From positions 1,603,062-1,667,061 of the forward strand of contig MU057809.1 in NCBI GenBank assembly GCA_013265495.1: a stretch of 64,000 nucleotides of DNA, read 5' to 3'. Below, piece by piece: positions 34,441 through 45,607 of this stretch. The translations under genes and the position numbers were made by a program. The notes under the pieces are model-generated. The model saw nothing but the letters and a program-made list of their open reading frames with translations. It was not told the origin of the DNA and did not search any database. The DNA comes from Vicugna vicugna (taxonomy: Eukaryota). The number at the start of each line of letters is the position of its first letter. The stretch's first letter is position 1.

Positions 34441-34959
34441 ACTTAGCAAACGTGAAGAAGGGAAACTACGTGGTGCCGTTTCTCCCCTTCTGCCCGTCCC
34501 CAGCCTGGTGGAGGAGAAATTAGGGAGGGTTTTTTGGTAACTAGAACACTGCAGAGAAAACCTACGTCCAAATGGCAGCAGAAAAGGCCACTTCCAAGCT
34601 TGAAAGTGCCAGACACGGGGTGGCCCCAGGGTGGTGAGCTAGCACCCTGCCCGGGACAGGAGCAGCCGGGCTGGCTGACCCGCCGCGAGCCCCTCCACCG
34701 GGCAGCAAACCGCGGGGAGACCTTCCGGTAGTAGGAGCTGTGAGTGGGGACCTGGTGTCAGGGAGACAGGGCAGTACCTGGGGTAAGGGAGGGGGTGTGC
34801 GGGCAGGACCCAGGAGGAACAGGGTCCTCAGAGCCGAGGAACGGAGCTCTTGGAGCATCTTTCCCCACAATGCACCTGGGATCCCCTTGCCCTCACTGAA
34901 GGCTGCCTGAACAGAAGCAGCCAAGGCACGCAGGTTATGGAGAACAGATGTCCAACGGG

Positions 34960-35810
34960 AACAGTCCCCTCACCAGGAAGCACTAGACATCTGGGGAAAA
35001 GTCAACACCACAACAGGGTAACAACCATGCACAACAAACAGCACCTGCACCGTCAGCAGAACAGACCGCTGGACCGTGCAGACTCAACGTCCGGCGAGCG
35101 GTATCGGCTCGGCCGACGGAGATTTCAAAGATCACTGAATCAGAAGGCAGCAGGTGGCCTGAATTCACAGCATAGACACAGGCCACGCCTGAGTTACTGG
35201 GCTGGGAGACTGAAGGGAGGGAGTCTCCCAGGACCCAGGAGAACGAAGGCTGGACAGAATGCAAGGAAAGTCAAGAGAACGGAAGACAGGTCCAGACGTT
35301 CCAACTTTTCTCTCGGACGTGAGCCAGAAGGGGAAAATGAAAAGAATGAGGAGGAAGACAATCTCAGAGACATTCTAAGAAAGACATTTCCAGGGCTGAA
35401 AAAAGGACACGACTTCTCAGCTCAAAAGGACACAGAGAAAGCCAGGAAGATGCAAGAGAAAAGACCACATCTGCTCACGTTGTGACGAAGTGTCAGGATA
35501 TGAGACCCACGAGGGAAAAACCCCGGAAGAGACACATTAGCTGCAAAGAAATAGAGTTAGATTGACTAACTGGCAGCACCAGATGCAAGGAGACAATGGG
35601 CCATTGTCTTCAAAGCATCAAGGAAGAGTGATTGTTAAACTAGAACTCTGTATTCAGGTAAACAATGACTCGTGCAAAAAAGGGGAAAAAATATACATCA
35701 CACATGCAAAGACTCAAAATCTTTACCAATCCACGGACCTTAATGAAATAGTCACCAAATGAGGCACATCAGTGAGGAACAAAGAAATTCTAAGGGGAAG
35801 AAACAGGAGC
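34960..35810 (+). mobile_element. Old L1 (L1ME-like) ORF1 remnant
   Basis: Translation EDRSRRSNFSLGREPEGENEKNEEEDNLRDILRKTFPGLKK resembles the start of the L1 ORF1p RRM (EDRSRRSN-I-I-GVPE...ENFP); frame broken downstream. Confidence 0.75.
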
Positions 35811-35826
35811 TAAGAAACAGTGGTTC

Positions 35827-36536
35827 CTCCTGCACTGCTGGTGGGAATGTAAATGGTGCAGCCACGATGGAGAAGTCTGGAGAGTCCTTAAAAAACTAAA
35901 AATAGATTTACCATGATCCAGCAATCCCACTCCTGGCCATATATCCAGAGGGAACTCTAACTGGAAAAGATACACGCACCCCCATGTTCACAGCAGCACC
36001 ATTTACAGTAGCCAAGACACGGAAGCAACCTGAATGTCCATCAGCAGATGAGTGAATAAAGAAATGTGGTGTACAATCACTATCGAATGTTACTCAGCCA
36101 TAAAAGGGAATGAAATGATGCCATCTGCAGCAACATAGGTGGACCTAGAGATTATCATATTAAGTGAAGTAAGTCAGAGAAAGACAAATACCATATGATA
36201 TCACCTATATGTGGAATCTAAAAAAAAAAGATAGAAATAAACTTGCTTACAAAACAGAAATAGACTCACAGACATAGAAAACAAACTTACAGTTACCAAA
36301 GGGGAAAGGGGGAGGGAGGGTAAATGAGGAGTTTGGGACTAGCAGCACACACTACCATACATAAAGCAGATAAACCACAAAGACCACTGTGTAGCACAGG
36401 GAACTGGACTCAGTATCTTGTGGTAACATACGATGGAAAAGAATCTGAAAAAAAAGTGCATCTAAATCACTTTGCTGTATACCTGAAACTAACACACCAT
36501 GGTACATCAACTACACTTTAATAAAAGAAGAAAAAA
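35827..36536 (+). mobile_element. Cetartiodactyl L1 3' end (ORF2 C-terminus plus 3' UTR)
   Basis: CACTGCTGGTGGGAATGTAAATGGTGCAGCCAC, GATCCAGCAATCCCACTCCTGG, GACTCACAGACATAGAAAACAAACTTA, A tail. Confidence 0.92.
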
Positions 36537-36559
36537 TCTCCCTCAAGCAGCCCCTCTGC

Positions 36560-36757
36560 CAGCCGGCCACAGAAGGCGCGTTCCACAATGGAAGGAGCCT
36601 GCCTGAATCACCGCCCAGGGGGCAGCTGCCAAGACAGCATCTGACAGAGAACACCCACACTGAACTTCGTGTTTAAGAAATTTATTATTTTTAAGCCACT
36701 AAGATTTGTGGTATTTGTTACATGTGGTAGCTAGCATTAATCATTCAGGTTAATACA
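36560..36757 (+). mobile_element. MaLR LTR 3' fragment (MLT1G/H-like)
   Basis: TTTAAGCCACTAAGATTTGTGGTATTTGTTAC...TAATACA. Confidence 0.6.
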
Positions 36758-36847
36758 ATTGTTTTAAAAATACGCAAAGGTTAGAATGAAAAATAAGAAT
36801 AAAATAAAATTATGTAAAAGTGAAAAAAAGAAGTAATGGTTCTTGCC

Positions 36848-36988
36848 TGCTATGATATGAATTTTGTCCCTCAAGTTCATATATTGACAGCCCAACCCCC
36901 CTGTACCTCACAATGTAAGTATCCTTGAAGATAAGGTCTTTAAAGAGGTGATTAAGTTAAAATGAGGCTGTTAGGATGGGGTCCTAAT
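36848..36988 (+). mobile_element. MaLR LTR 5' fragment (MLT1A/B-like)
   Basis: TGCTATGATATGAATTTTGTCCC and GGTCTTTAAAGAGGTGATTAAGTTAAAATGAGG. Confidence 0.8.
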
Positions 36989-39233
36989 AAGGATGGCAAA
37001 AGGTGTTCCACGCAAATAGTGACCAAAGAGAGCTGGGGGGGCTACAGTGTTATCAGACAAAATAGAGTCTAAGTGAAAAATGTTACACGAGACAAAGGAG
37101 GGTGTTACATATTGACAAAAGGGTCAGTCAATCAACTAAATGTAAGTTATAAATACATATGCGCCTGATAACAGTCCCCAAAGCATATGGAGCAAAAGTT
37201 GACAGACTAAAGGGAGGGACAGAAGCGCTCCAATGACAGGTGGAGACTTCAGTAATAGACTTCCAAAAACGAACAGAACAACTAGACAGGTGATCAGTAA
37301 AAAGCAGTGATGAACAAAGCATTACAGGAAAAAAACAACAAAGAAAATGTGAATAATTCTGCAAAGGGCAAGAAGCTTAAAAAATCATGAGAAATTAAAA
37401 AAAAAACACAAGGCAAGGTGTTAAGAATAAGTCCAATGTATCATAAATTACAACAAACATAAAAGGGTTAACAAAAAAATAGAATTTGAGGGGGAAAATA
37501 TTAAAAGGAGAGTTTATGTTATTAAGAGGAACTATTGCCTACCATGAGTGTTCAGGTATCTCCCAACACGGCTTTGAAGCACACAAAGCAAAACCAAGAG
37601 AAATACAAGAAGAAATGGGCGAAGATGCTGTCATAGTAAGAGACTTCATAAAGCCCCTAAGAAGGGGACAAATAAATACGGTTACAGAGGATTAAAAACA
37701 ATTAACATGTTTGCTCTAATGGATCTACAGAGCTAGCTCTATACTCAGCAAACAGGGAAGAGATATTCTCTCAAAGACACATGGAAACTTTACAAAAATT
37801 CGCCATGTGTTATCCACAAAAGAAATTTCAAGCAATAATGAAAAGCAGAAATACCATGTGGCATATTTACTGATGAAATATAAAATTTTATAAAAAATTG
37901 CAAAAGAATACCATCCCTAATCTACAGACCAAAGAAATATAAAAATACAAATTAAAAGTTACTTTTAAAGGAACAATAATGAGATCACAAATGGCTAGTA
38001 CTAATAAGGGAGTTCAGCAAGGTGGCTAAACATGAGATCAACTTACATCTCTCCAGATATTAAAACATAATTGAGAAGCAACAGGCCATCAAGGTACAGA
38101 AACAGATAATCAGATTAGATCCATGAATAAAAGCCTGGTAAACAACTCACTCATGTGTAGAAATTTAGTGCAGGACTAGGGTGATGTTTCAGATCAACAC
38201 AGAGAATAAAAGGAGTATTCAAAAAGCTGGGATAATTTGCCAACAATTTGGAGAAGATTATATTCCTACCCTGCCCCTTGGCAGAAATTATCTGCAGATA
38301 GATTAATGACTTAAAAATGAAATTATGAATTCCAAAAGTTTTAGAGGAAACAAAATTTAAAATATGCTTATAACCTTGGGATAAGGAAAGCCTTCCCAAG
38401 CAAGGCATATATGCTCATGTCATCTGGGAGAAGATTGATGAATTTGAGCGCATCATAATTTAAACCTTTTGTGTGATGGAAGCCAGTGCAACAAAGTTAA
38501 AGTGTAAGCTACGTTCCAGGAAAACATCTGTAATATACAAAATAAAGATTAATGTGCAGAACAGCAATAAGGAAAAGACAAGGAACGTGGTAGCAAAGGA
38601 AATTAGGAAAATGAACCAGCAAGTCAGAGAATTTTATGTGATCAATAAACATGAAGCAATACTCAGGCTCAGTAATAATCAAGAAAAAAGCTGAAACAGT
38701 AAGATTTCATTCTGCACCTGAGTTTCATCAGCTATAAAAGAGGAATAATAGAGGCCCCACCTCACAGGATTGTTTTGGGATTAAATGAGCCAATATATAC
38801 AAGAAAGCTCTTGGGGCAGTGCCTGGAACACACCCACCCATCTATAAGCATGAGTTATTATTGTCTTTAGCACAGTGCCACAATCTGAGCGGCTACAATT
38901 GTCAAGCTTGGTAATACAAGGTTTTTGGCAAGGGTGTGAGGAAAAAAATACTGTCACACCGTCTTGGTGAGAATGTAAATTGGTCCAGCGACTTTACTGG
39001 GCAATTTGGCAACATCCATGAACACATACGATGCACGCACCCTATGCTTGGCAATTCCATGTTAGTACCTAACCTAGAGGCACATTCATGTCTCTGCACA
39101 GGAGGCGTGTGCAAGTAAGAAGAGCAAAGGCGGGAAAGAATCCTAAATGCCCAGCAACAGAGGACTGACTACATCAAACAGGGTGCTGTTGTGTCATGGA
39201 AGACCTTGCAGGTGTTGATAAGAATGAGGTGGA

Positions 39234-39324
39234 TGTATGTATGCATCTGTATGCCTGAAATTTCGTGCTGTACACCAGAAATTGACACAACATTGTAAAC
39301 TGACTGTACTTCAATTAAGAAAAA
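39234..39324 (+). mobile_element. Very short camelid L1 3' end
   Basis: GCTGTACACCAGAAATTGACACAACATTGTAAACTGACTGTACTTCAATT; TSD AAGAATGAGGTGGA (39220-39233) / AAGAATGAGGCGGA (39325-39338). Confidence 0.88.
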
Positions 39325-39369
39325 AAGAATGAGGCGGAGCTTATGCTTACATGGAAAGATCCCCGAGAC

Positions 39370-39797
39370 TTTTTAAAATATATATTTTAGATATATATAA
39401 TATCATAGTGTAGTCAGTTTACAATGTTGTGTCAATTTCTGGTGTGCAGCACAATGCTTCAGTTCCTATAGGAACACACATGTATTTGTTTTCATATTCT
39501 TTTTCATTATAGGTTACTACAAGATATTGAATATAATTCCCTGTGCTGTAACAGTAGAAACTTGTTGTTTATAGATTTTATATATAGTAGTTAGTATCTG
39601 CAAATCTTGAACTCCCAGTTTATCCTGTCTCACCCCCTTTCTCCCACCCAGGTAACCACAAGTTTGTTTTCTATGTCTGTGAGTCTGTTTCTGTTTTGTA
39701 AATAAGTTCATTTGTCTTTTTTTCTTTTTAGACTCCATATATAATGATGTCATATGGCATTTTTCTTTCTCTTTCTTACTTCACTGAGAATGACATC
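39370..39797 (-). mobile_element. Camelid L1 3' end
   Basis: AGTCAGTTTACAATGTTGTGTCAATTTCTGGTG and TATGTCTGTGAGTCTGTTTCTGTTTTGTAAATAAG. Confidence 0.9.
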
Positions 39798-40242
39798 CTT
39801 CAGTGGAGAAAGCAAGTTGCAGAATAGTAAGTGCTGTTTGATGCCACTTAGGAAAACAACCACCCCAAAACTAAAACGTGTATTCTGGCAGCTACGTACA
39901 CATGCCTAGAAAGAGGTCCGGAAGGGGGCACACCACACTGGCAGCCCTGGCTTCCCCAGGGGAGTGTACCAGCACCTTGACGACATGCTTGTAAGGAGAG
40001 ACTTAACAGCTTTGTCTACATTACTTGAAAAATTTAAAAGAATGCTTTCACATACGAATTTTTTAGAAATAAAAAATAAAATACAAAACAACATAAAACA
40101 AACCCAAACACCAGTGTAGTCTTGGCTAATTCATAACAGTGGGAGCACAGTGTCCAGGTCTTAAGATGTAACAGCCCCGCTGTGTGTCAGTGAACATACT
40201 GTCTGTGGAATTGTGTGTCCAATCTGAGCATCACGCTCTATT

Positions 40243-40345
40243 AGGGCACCTCCCAGTTTGCCCAGGACAGCCTTGGTTTATGCCTGTTGCCCTGGTGTAA
40301 TTATTAACTGTGCCCCTTCTTGCTCTGAAGAATTTCATGGTTTGA
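40243..40345. mobile_element. MER94-like hAT-Blackjack relic, left part (right part at 42088-42129)
   Basis: CCCAGTTTGCCCAGGACAG...GCCTGTTGCCCTGGTGTAATTATTAA; continues as AAAAGTGTCCTGGTTTGGAC...TATATGGTCACCCT after the intervening L1. Confidence 0.65.
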
Positions 40346-40399
40346 TTTAAAGGAGCCCCAACCCCCTCAAAACAACAACAACAAAACAACCAAAACCCA

Positions 40400-42087
40400 A
40401 AACAAAAAACTTAGGTAAAAATCTCCCCAGACAGGATCCATATATGGAACAAACACCAATGAAAGAAATGAAAGGAAACCTAAATAAAGGAGGAGACATA
40501 CCATGTTCATGGATTTAAAAAATCAATATGGTCAAGATGTGAATTCTTGCCAAACTGGTCTTTAGATTTAATCCAATTTCAATAAAAGTCACAGCAGGCC
40601 CTTTTTTTTAAAATAGATATAGACAAGCTGATTCTAAAAGTTATATGAAAAGGCAAAGAAAGTAGAATACTCAAAATGATTTTGAAAACCTGATTTTGAA
40701 ACTGCTATAAAGCTACAGTCATCAACAGAGTATGGTATTGGTGAAGGGATAGACACACAGATCAAAGGAGCAGAAAAGAGTTCAGAAATAAACCCACAGA
40801 AATATGGCCAGGTGATTTTTGACAAAAGTTCAAAAGCTACTCAATAGAGGAAAGACAGTCTTTTCAATAAATGGAAATGGAATAATTGACATTCCTAGGC
40901 AAAAAAAAAATGAACTTCAACATATACATATGCATAAAAGTTAACTCAAAATCGATCATATATTTAAACATAAAGCATACAACTATAAAACTTTTAGAAA
41001 AAAAATTTTTGACAATGGGTTACACAAGTTCTTAGACAAGACACCAACAGCACAGTCCATGAAAGGAAAAAATGGACAGATTGGACTTCTTGAAAATTAA
41101 AAACTCTGCTCCGCAAAAGGTACTATTAAAAAAAATGAAAAGATGAGCTACTGAGTGGGAGGAAATTTTTGCATATCACCTGTCTGACCAAGAACTTGTA
41201 TCCAGAATATTAACGGAACCCTCGAAAGTTAGCACTAAGAAAACAAACAACCCAATTTAAAAACGGACAAAAGGCTTGAACACTTTATCAAAAGGGATCT
41301 ATGGATGCTAAAAAAGCACATGAAAAACATTCAGTGTTGTTAGGCACTAGGGAAATGTGGAAGTAAAGCCATGACGAAATACCATGACGCCCCCATGAGC
41401 ATCCTTGAAATAAAAATCACGGAGCGTGCCGGGCACTGGGGGAGACGTGTGAGCCACTGGGACTCTCACACGATGCTGACGGGGCTGAGAGATGGCACAC
41501 ACAGGCCACTCTGGAAACAGTCTTGGCGGTTTCTGATAAAGCTAAGAGTAAACGTACCCAGCGATCCCACTTTTAGGTACTCACCCTAGAAAAACGAGAA
41601 CTTCTGTTCCCCAAACATAGAGCCCGCACGCGGATGTTTAGAACAGCTCTCCATCACTGCCCAAACGGAAGCAACCCCAGCGTCCACCGACGGGTGAACG
41701 GTCACACCCAGCACACCCACACCGCGGAGCACTGCTGAGCGCTAAAAGGCACAAATCGCCGACACTCGCAAAAACACGGGTGAACCTCCAAGGCGTCATG
41801 CTGGATGGATGAAGCTAGTCTCCAAAGGCTACAAGCTGAATGACTCCATTTACACGGTATTCTTGTCAAGGAGGAAATTCCAGTGTCAGAACGCGTCGTG
41901 GTTGCCAGGGTTGGAGTGAGGGGAGGGTGTGCTACAAAGGGGCAGCTTGAGAGAACTGCTTGGGACGACGGAGCTGTTCCACATCTGAATGGTGGTGGTG
42001 GTGGTGACCTGGATCCATACATGGGCCAAAATTCATAGAACTACACACTGAAGGGAGTCCGTTCTCTATATGCTAATTAAGACCAAA
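40400..42087 (+). mobile_element. L1MC/MD-like ORF2 3' part and 3' UTR
   Basis: GAGACATACCATGTTCATGGAT, GACAAGCTGATTCTAAAA, CAGAAATAAACCCACA, GAACTTGTATCCAGAATA, GTGGTTGCCAGGG. Confidence 0.88.
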
Positions 42088-42761
42088 AAAAGTGTCCTGG
42101 TTTGGACAAGAAGTTATATGGTCACCCTGACTATCCAGGGAGAAGACGGAGCTGGGCGCTAACATGCAGACCCAAACCAGGACAGCGGAAGACCTGAGAC
42201 CACAGACACCGACAAGCACGAGCCTTGCTGTCGGTGAGCCCTGGGCCAGGCGTGGCCCGGAGCCCCTCACAGCCGATGGCTCACTTCAGCTTGTCCGCGA
42301 GACACCAGAGTCATCCTCGCTGCACAGAAGAGAGGACCCAGAGTTGGGAACCCACCCCCGTCACAGAGCTCCTGTCGGCAGAGGCCAGACTTAAACCCAA
42401 GCCGCCCAGCCCCAAAGTCGACAGATGTACACACTGAGCCCTGCTGCTCCTTCACCTGCCGCTGCCGGGGCACCAAAGGTGAAGAGAAGCGCTGGTGCCG
42501 TCGCACACAACTGCCGGGCAAGGGAGGGAAGGAGGGAAGACGGGGCAGGGCAGGAGGAGGGGCCGCCCCAACCCTGAGCATCGGTCCCGCGGGAGCAGAC
42601 GCGCCTGCCCGGGCCCCTTCTCGTCAGGCGGCGCCTCTCCTGCAGCGGGGGTGACTAGGCAGTGAGTCTGTCGGGGACACCTTACCGGGGATTCCCGCTT
42701 CACATACAAGGCTGGACTGGACGAAATTTCCTTCCGGCTGTAAGAGTCCATGGTTGCTTCC

Positions 42762-43373
42762 TTTTTATTGAGGTGAAATTCACATAACATAAAATGAACC
42801 ATTTTAAGTGTACAATTTAGTGGCATTTAATATATTCACAAGATTGTGCAACCATCACCTTCACCTAATTCTGAGCATTTTCATCACCTTTAAAGGAGAC
42901 CTGAAATCCATTCAGCAGTCAGATCCTCCCCCTCAAGCCGTTGGCAAACACTAACCTGCTTTCTGTCTCATGGAGTTGCCGCTCCTAGACTCCTCGTGTG
43001 AGTGTAGTCCTACACCACGTGGTCTTGTGTGCGTGGATACTTTCACTGAAAGTATCCATCACGGCTTCTCCTCACTGTAGCACGCCAGCACTGTACCCTT
43101 TTTATGGCTGAGTAACAGTCCCTTGTGTGGAGCCACCACACTTTGTTTATCCATTCATCCGCTAACGTGTGTGTGCGCTGTTCCCACCTTTTGGCAGTTG
43201 TGAATAGTGTTGCTGTGAACATCCATGTCAGGATTTGTATGAACACCTGTTTTCCGTTCTCTTGGGTACACGCCTGTGAGTGGAATTGCTGGGTCATATG
43301 GTAATGCTAGTTTAACCTTCTGAGGACTCACCTGACTGTCTTCCTCAGTGGCACACCATTTTACATGCCCACC
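42762..43373 (-). mobile_element. L1MB-type 3' end
   Basis: TTTATTGAGGTGAAATTCACATAACATAAAATGAACCATTTTAAGTG and GAGTGGAATTGCTGGGTCATATGGTAA. Confidence 0.9.
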
Positions 43374-43544
43374 ACGATTTCTTTTTAATCACAGAATGCA
43401 ATGGGACCTCAGAGAAGGCAGGCAGCAGTGCTGAGGAGAAGCCAGGACAGGTTTCACGGGGCATGAGTGGGATGCCGGACGGGCGGGCTCTGCACAGGTG
43501 GTTTAAAAATAATGGAACTAAAGTACTGGACAACAGGGCATGAA

Positions 43545-45215
43545 CTGGCCTGCTCAGGATTTGTTAAGGTTTATTAAATATGAATGTTAGATGTGTCTAG
43601 AGTATTCACTAATTGAATGAAAAATAGAGTGTAACTTTCAAACCAGAAGTTGGTGGGTAGGCGGGGGATAGAATTAGGAGGGAAACAAAACAGAAATCCC
43701 AATCAATTCTGAAGAAATGAGAAAAAAAAGAAGACCTTAATGGGGACTAGAGAAAGCATAAAATGAGTTTAAACAGAAAGACTGTCCAACTAGAAAAAAC
43801 AATCCAGCCACAAAAAATAAAATCACGACCAAGTGGGTTTGTCCCAGAAGTACGAGGTTGGTTTCCCTTTAGAAAACGCTGCTACTCATTAACAGGGTAA
43901 GGAAAAGCGCCGTGCACAGGCGTGCCTTGTTTCACTGCGCTTCACAGACACTGCGTGTTTCACAAACCGAAGGTCTGTGGCCACGGTGGTCCAGCAAGTT
44001 TATTGGCGCCATTTTCCCAACAGCTTTTGCTCACTTCACGTCTGTGTGTCACATTTTGGTAATTCTCATAATATTTCAAACTTTTTCATAACTATTACAT
44101 TTGTGATCATCTGTGATCAGTGGTCTCTGATGTTACCACTGTGACTTGCAGAAGGCTCAGATGATAGTTAACATTTTTAGCAAGAAAGTGTTTTTAACTT
44201 AAGGTATGTACTTTTTTTTTTTTTAAAGACATAATGCTGTTACACACTTCGCAGGCTATGGCATAGTGTGAGCGCAACTGGGACATACACAGGGAAACCA
44301 GTAATTTTGCATGACTTGCTTTACTAAGGTGGTCTGGAGCCAAATCTGCATGCAGTATCTCCCAGCTCTGCCTGTATAGTTATTTCAGTAAGTGTAGAAA
44401 AAAGCACTTGATAAAATTTGACATGCATTTGCAATTAAATATAGTGGCAAACTAGGAATGGAAAGGAAATAAATGTTCTTAACCTAATTAAATAAATCCA
44501 TAAAAATCCTTTAGCAAACGTAACAGTTAAAGGTGAAGCTTTGAAAGCTTTTCCTTCAAGATTGAGGCCAAAACATAGATGCTCACTATTCCTGCTATTG
44601 TTCAGTGTTTTGTTGGAGATGCTAGCGAGCACAGTAAAAAGTAAATGAAGAAAAGAAAAAGAAATGGAAAAGAAGAAAAAAGCACTGTCATAATTCACAA
44701 ATGATACTATCTACACAGGAAAATTAAAAAAAACATAGGGACAAATTATTAGAATTTAAAAAAGAGTTCAGCATAGTTATGAATACAAGGGTAAATATAA
44801 AAAAGATCCACTGTGTTTCTCTACACTAGTAACAAACATAAATGCAAAAATTTAAAAGACATTCTTTATAATAGCAGTAAAAACCATAAAAGACATTTGG
44901 AATAAGCGGAACAAAAACGAAGCAGATCGTTATGGGGAAGATTTTACAACTTTATTGAAAGACATTATAGAAGACCTTTATAAATGGGAAGCTAAACCAA
45001 GTTCATAGATGAAAAAACATATTATCATAAAGATGCCAGTTCCCTGCAAATTGATCTACAGATTCAATACAACGGAAATCCCAACAGAATGTTTACTAGA
45101 ACATGAGAAGCTGGATCTAAAGTAGATAAGAAGAAGCAAAGGACCAAAAGAGGGGAGACACACCTGATAAATAAGGTCAGGTGGACTGGTCCCACCAGGC
45201 TTTAAGATCTAATGT
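43545..45215 (+). mobile_element. Old L1 ORF2 fragments (L1M)
   Basis: CACGACCAAGTGGGTTTGTCCCAG, GAAAAAAGCACTTGATAAAAT, AAAGCTTTTCCTTCAAGAT, CAAATTGATCTACAGATTCAAT. Confidence 0.8.
43917..44374. mobile_element. Tigger1 internal-deletion derivative (Tigger1a_Art-like)
   Basis: CAGGC...GCCTG termini followed by TA; GGCGCCATTTTCCCAACAGC, CACATTTTGGTAATTCTC, GAAGGCTCAGATGAT. Confidence 0.85.
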
Positions 45216-45224
45216 AAGGCAGTA

Positions 45225-45603
45225 AGTGGTGAGGATGGTTCCTGTTCCTGCAGGCCATTCTTTTTTCCTCTGGGTGCATAGGCTGAGTTCTTCTCAATGC
45301 AATGTGAACAAAAGCACTGTGCTCTGCTTCTGGGCCAGGTCCACAATATGCCTCCCACGTGTGCACCTTTCTGCCCTTCTCCTTCTGCTACCTGGATGCA
45401 AACAACTCCGTAGCCTGGGTAGAGTGGGGCACACAATGGAAAGGGCCTGGGTCCCTGAGTGACTGCATGGAGGACGGCTGTGCTGCTGGCTGGAAACCCA
45501 TCATGATTTTACATGAGAAAAAATATGTACCTCCTGTTGTTTAAGACCTTGATATCTGGGGGGATCTATTTGTTACACAGTATAGCCTACCCTAACTAGT
45601 ACA
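45225..45603 (+). mobile_element. MaLR LTR (MLT1H-like)
   Basis: ATGGAAAGGGCCTGGGTCCCTGAGTGACTGCATGGAG and TTTGTTACACAG...CCCTAACTAGTACA. Confidence 0.75.
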
Positions 45604-45607
45604 CTAC

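Larger units (their letters stand above)
36989..40090 (+). mobile_element. Fragmented old L1 ORF2/3' UTR (L1M/L1ME) hosting nested insertions, including a MIR at about 38715-38862
   Basis: Endonuclease region ATCAGACAAAATAGAGTCTAAG and GGAGACTTCA; GAGTTCAGCAAGGTGGCT; GGTGAGAATGTAAATTGGT; AAAGCAAGTTGCAGAATAGT. Confidence 0.8.

Noticed and set aside
34850..35485. 211-aa ORF as a domesticated L1 ORF1 (L1TD1-like) gene downstream of a CpG island
   Set aside because: Only a short C-terminal stretch resembles ORF1p, key residues are degenerate, the ORF begins at a non-ATG codon and it stops mid-domain; best explained as a decayed L1
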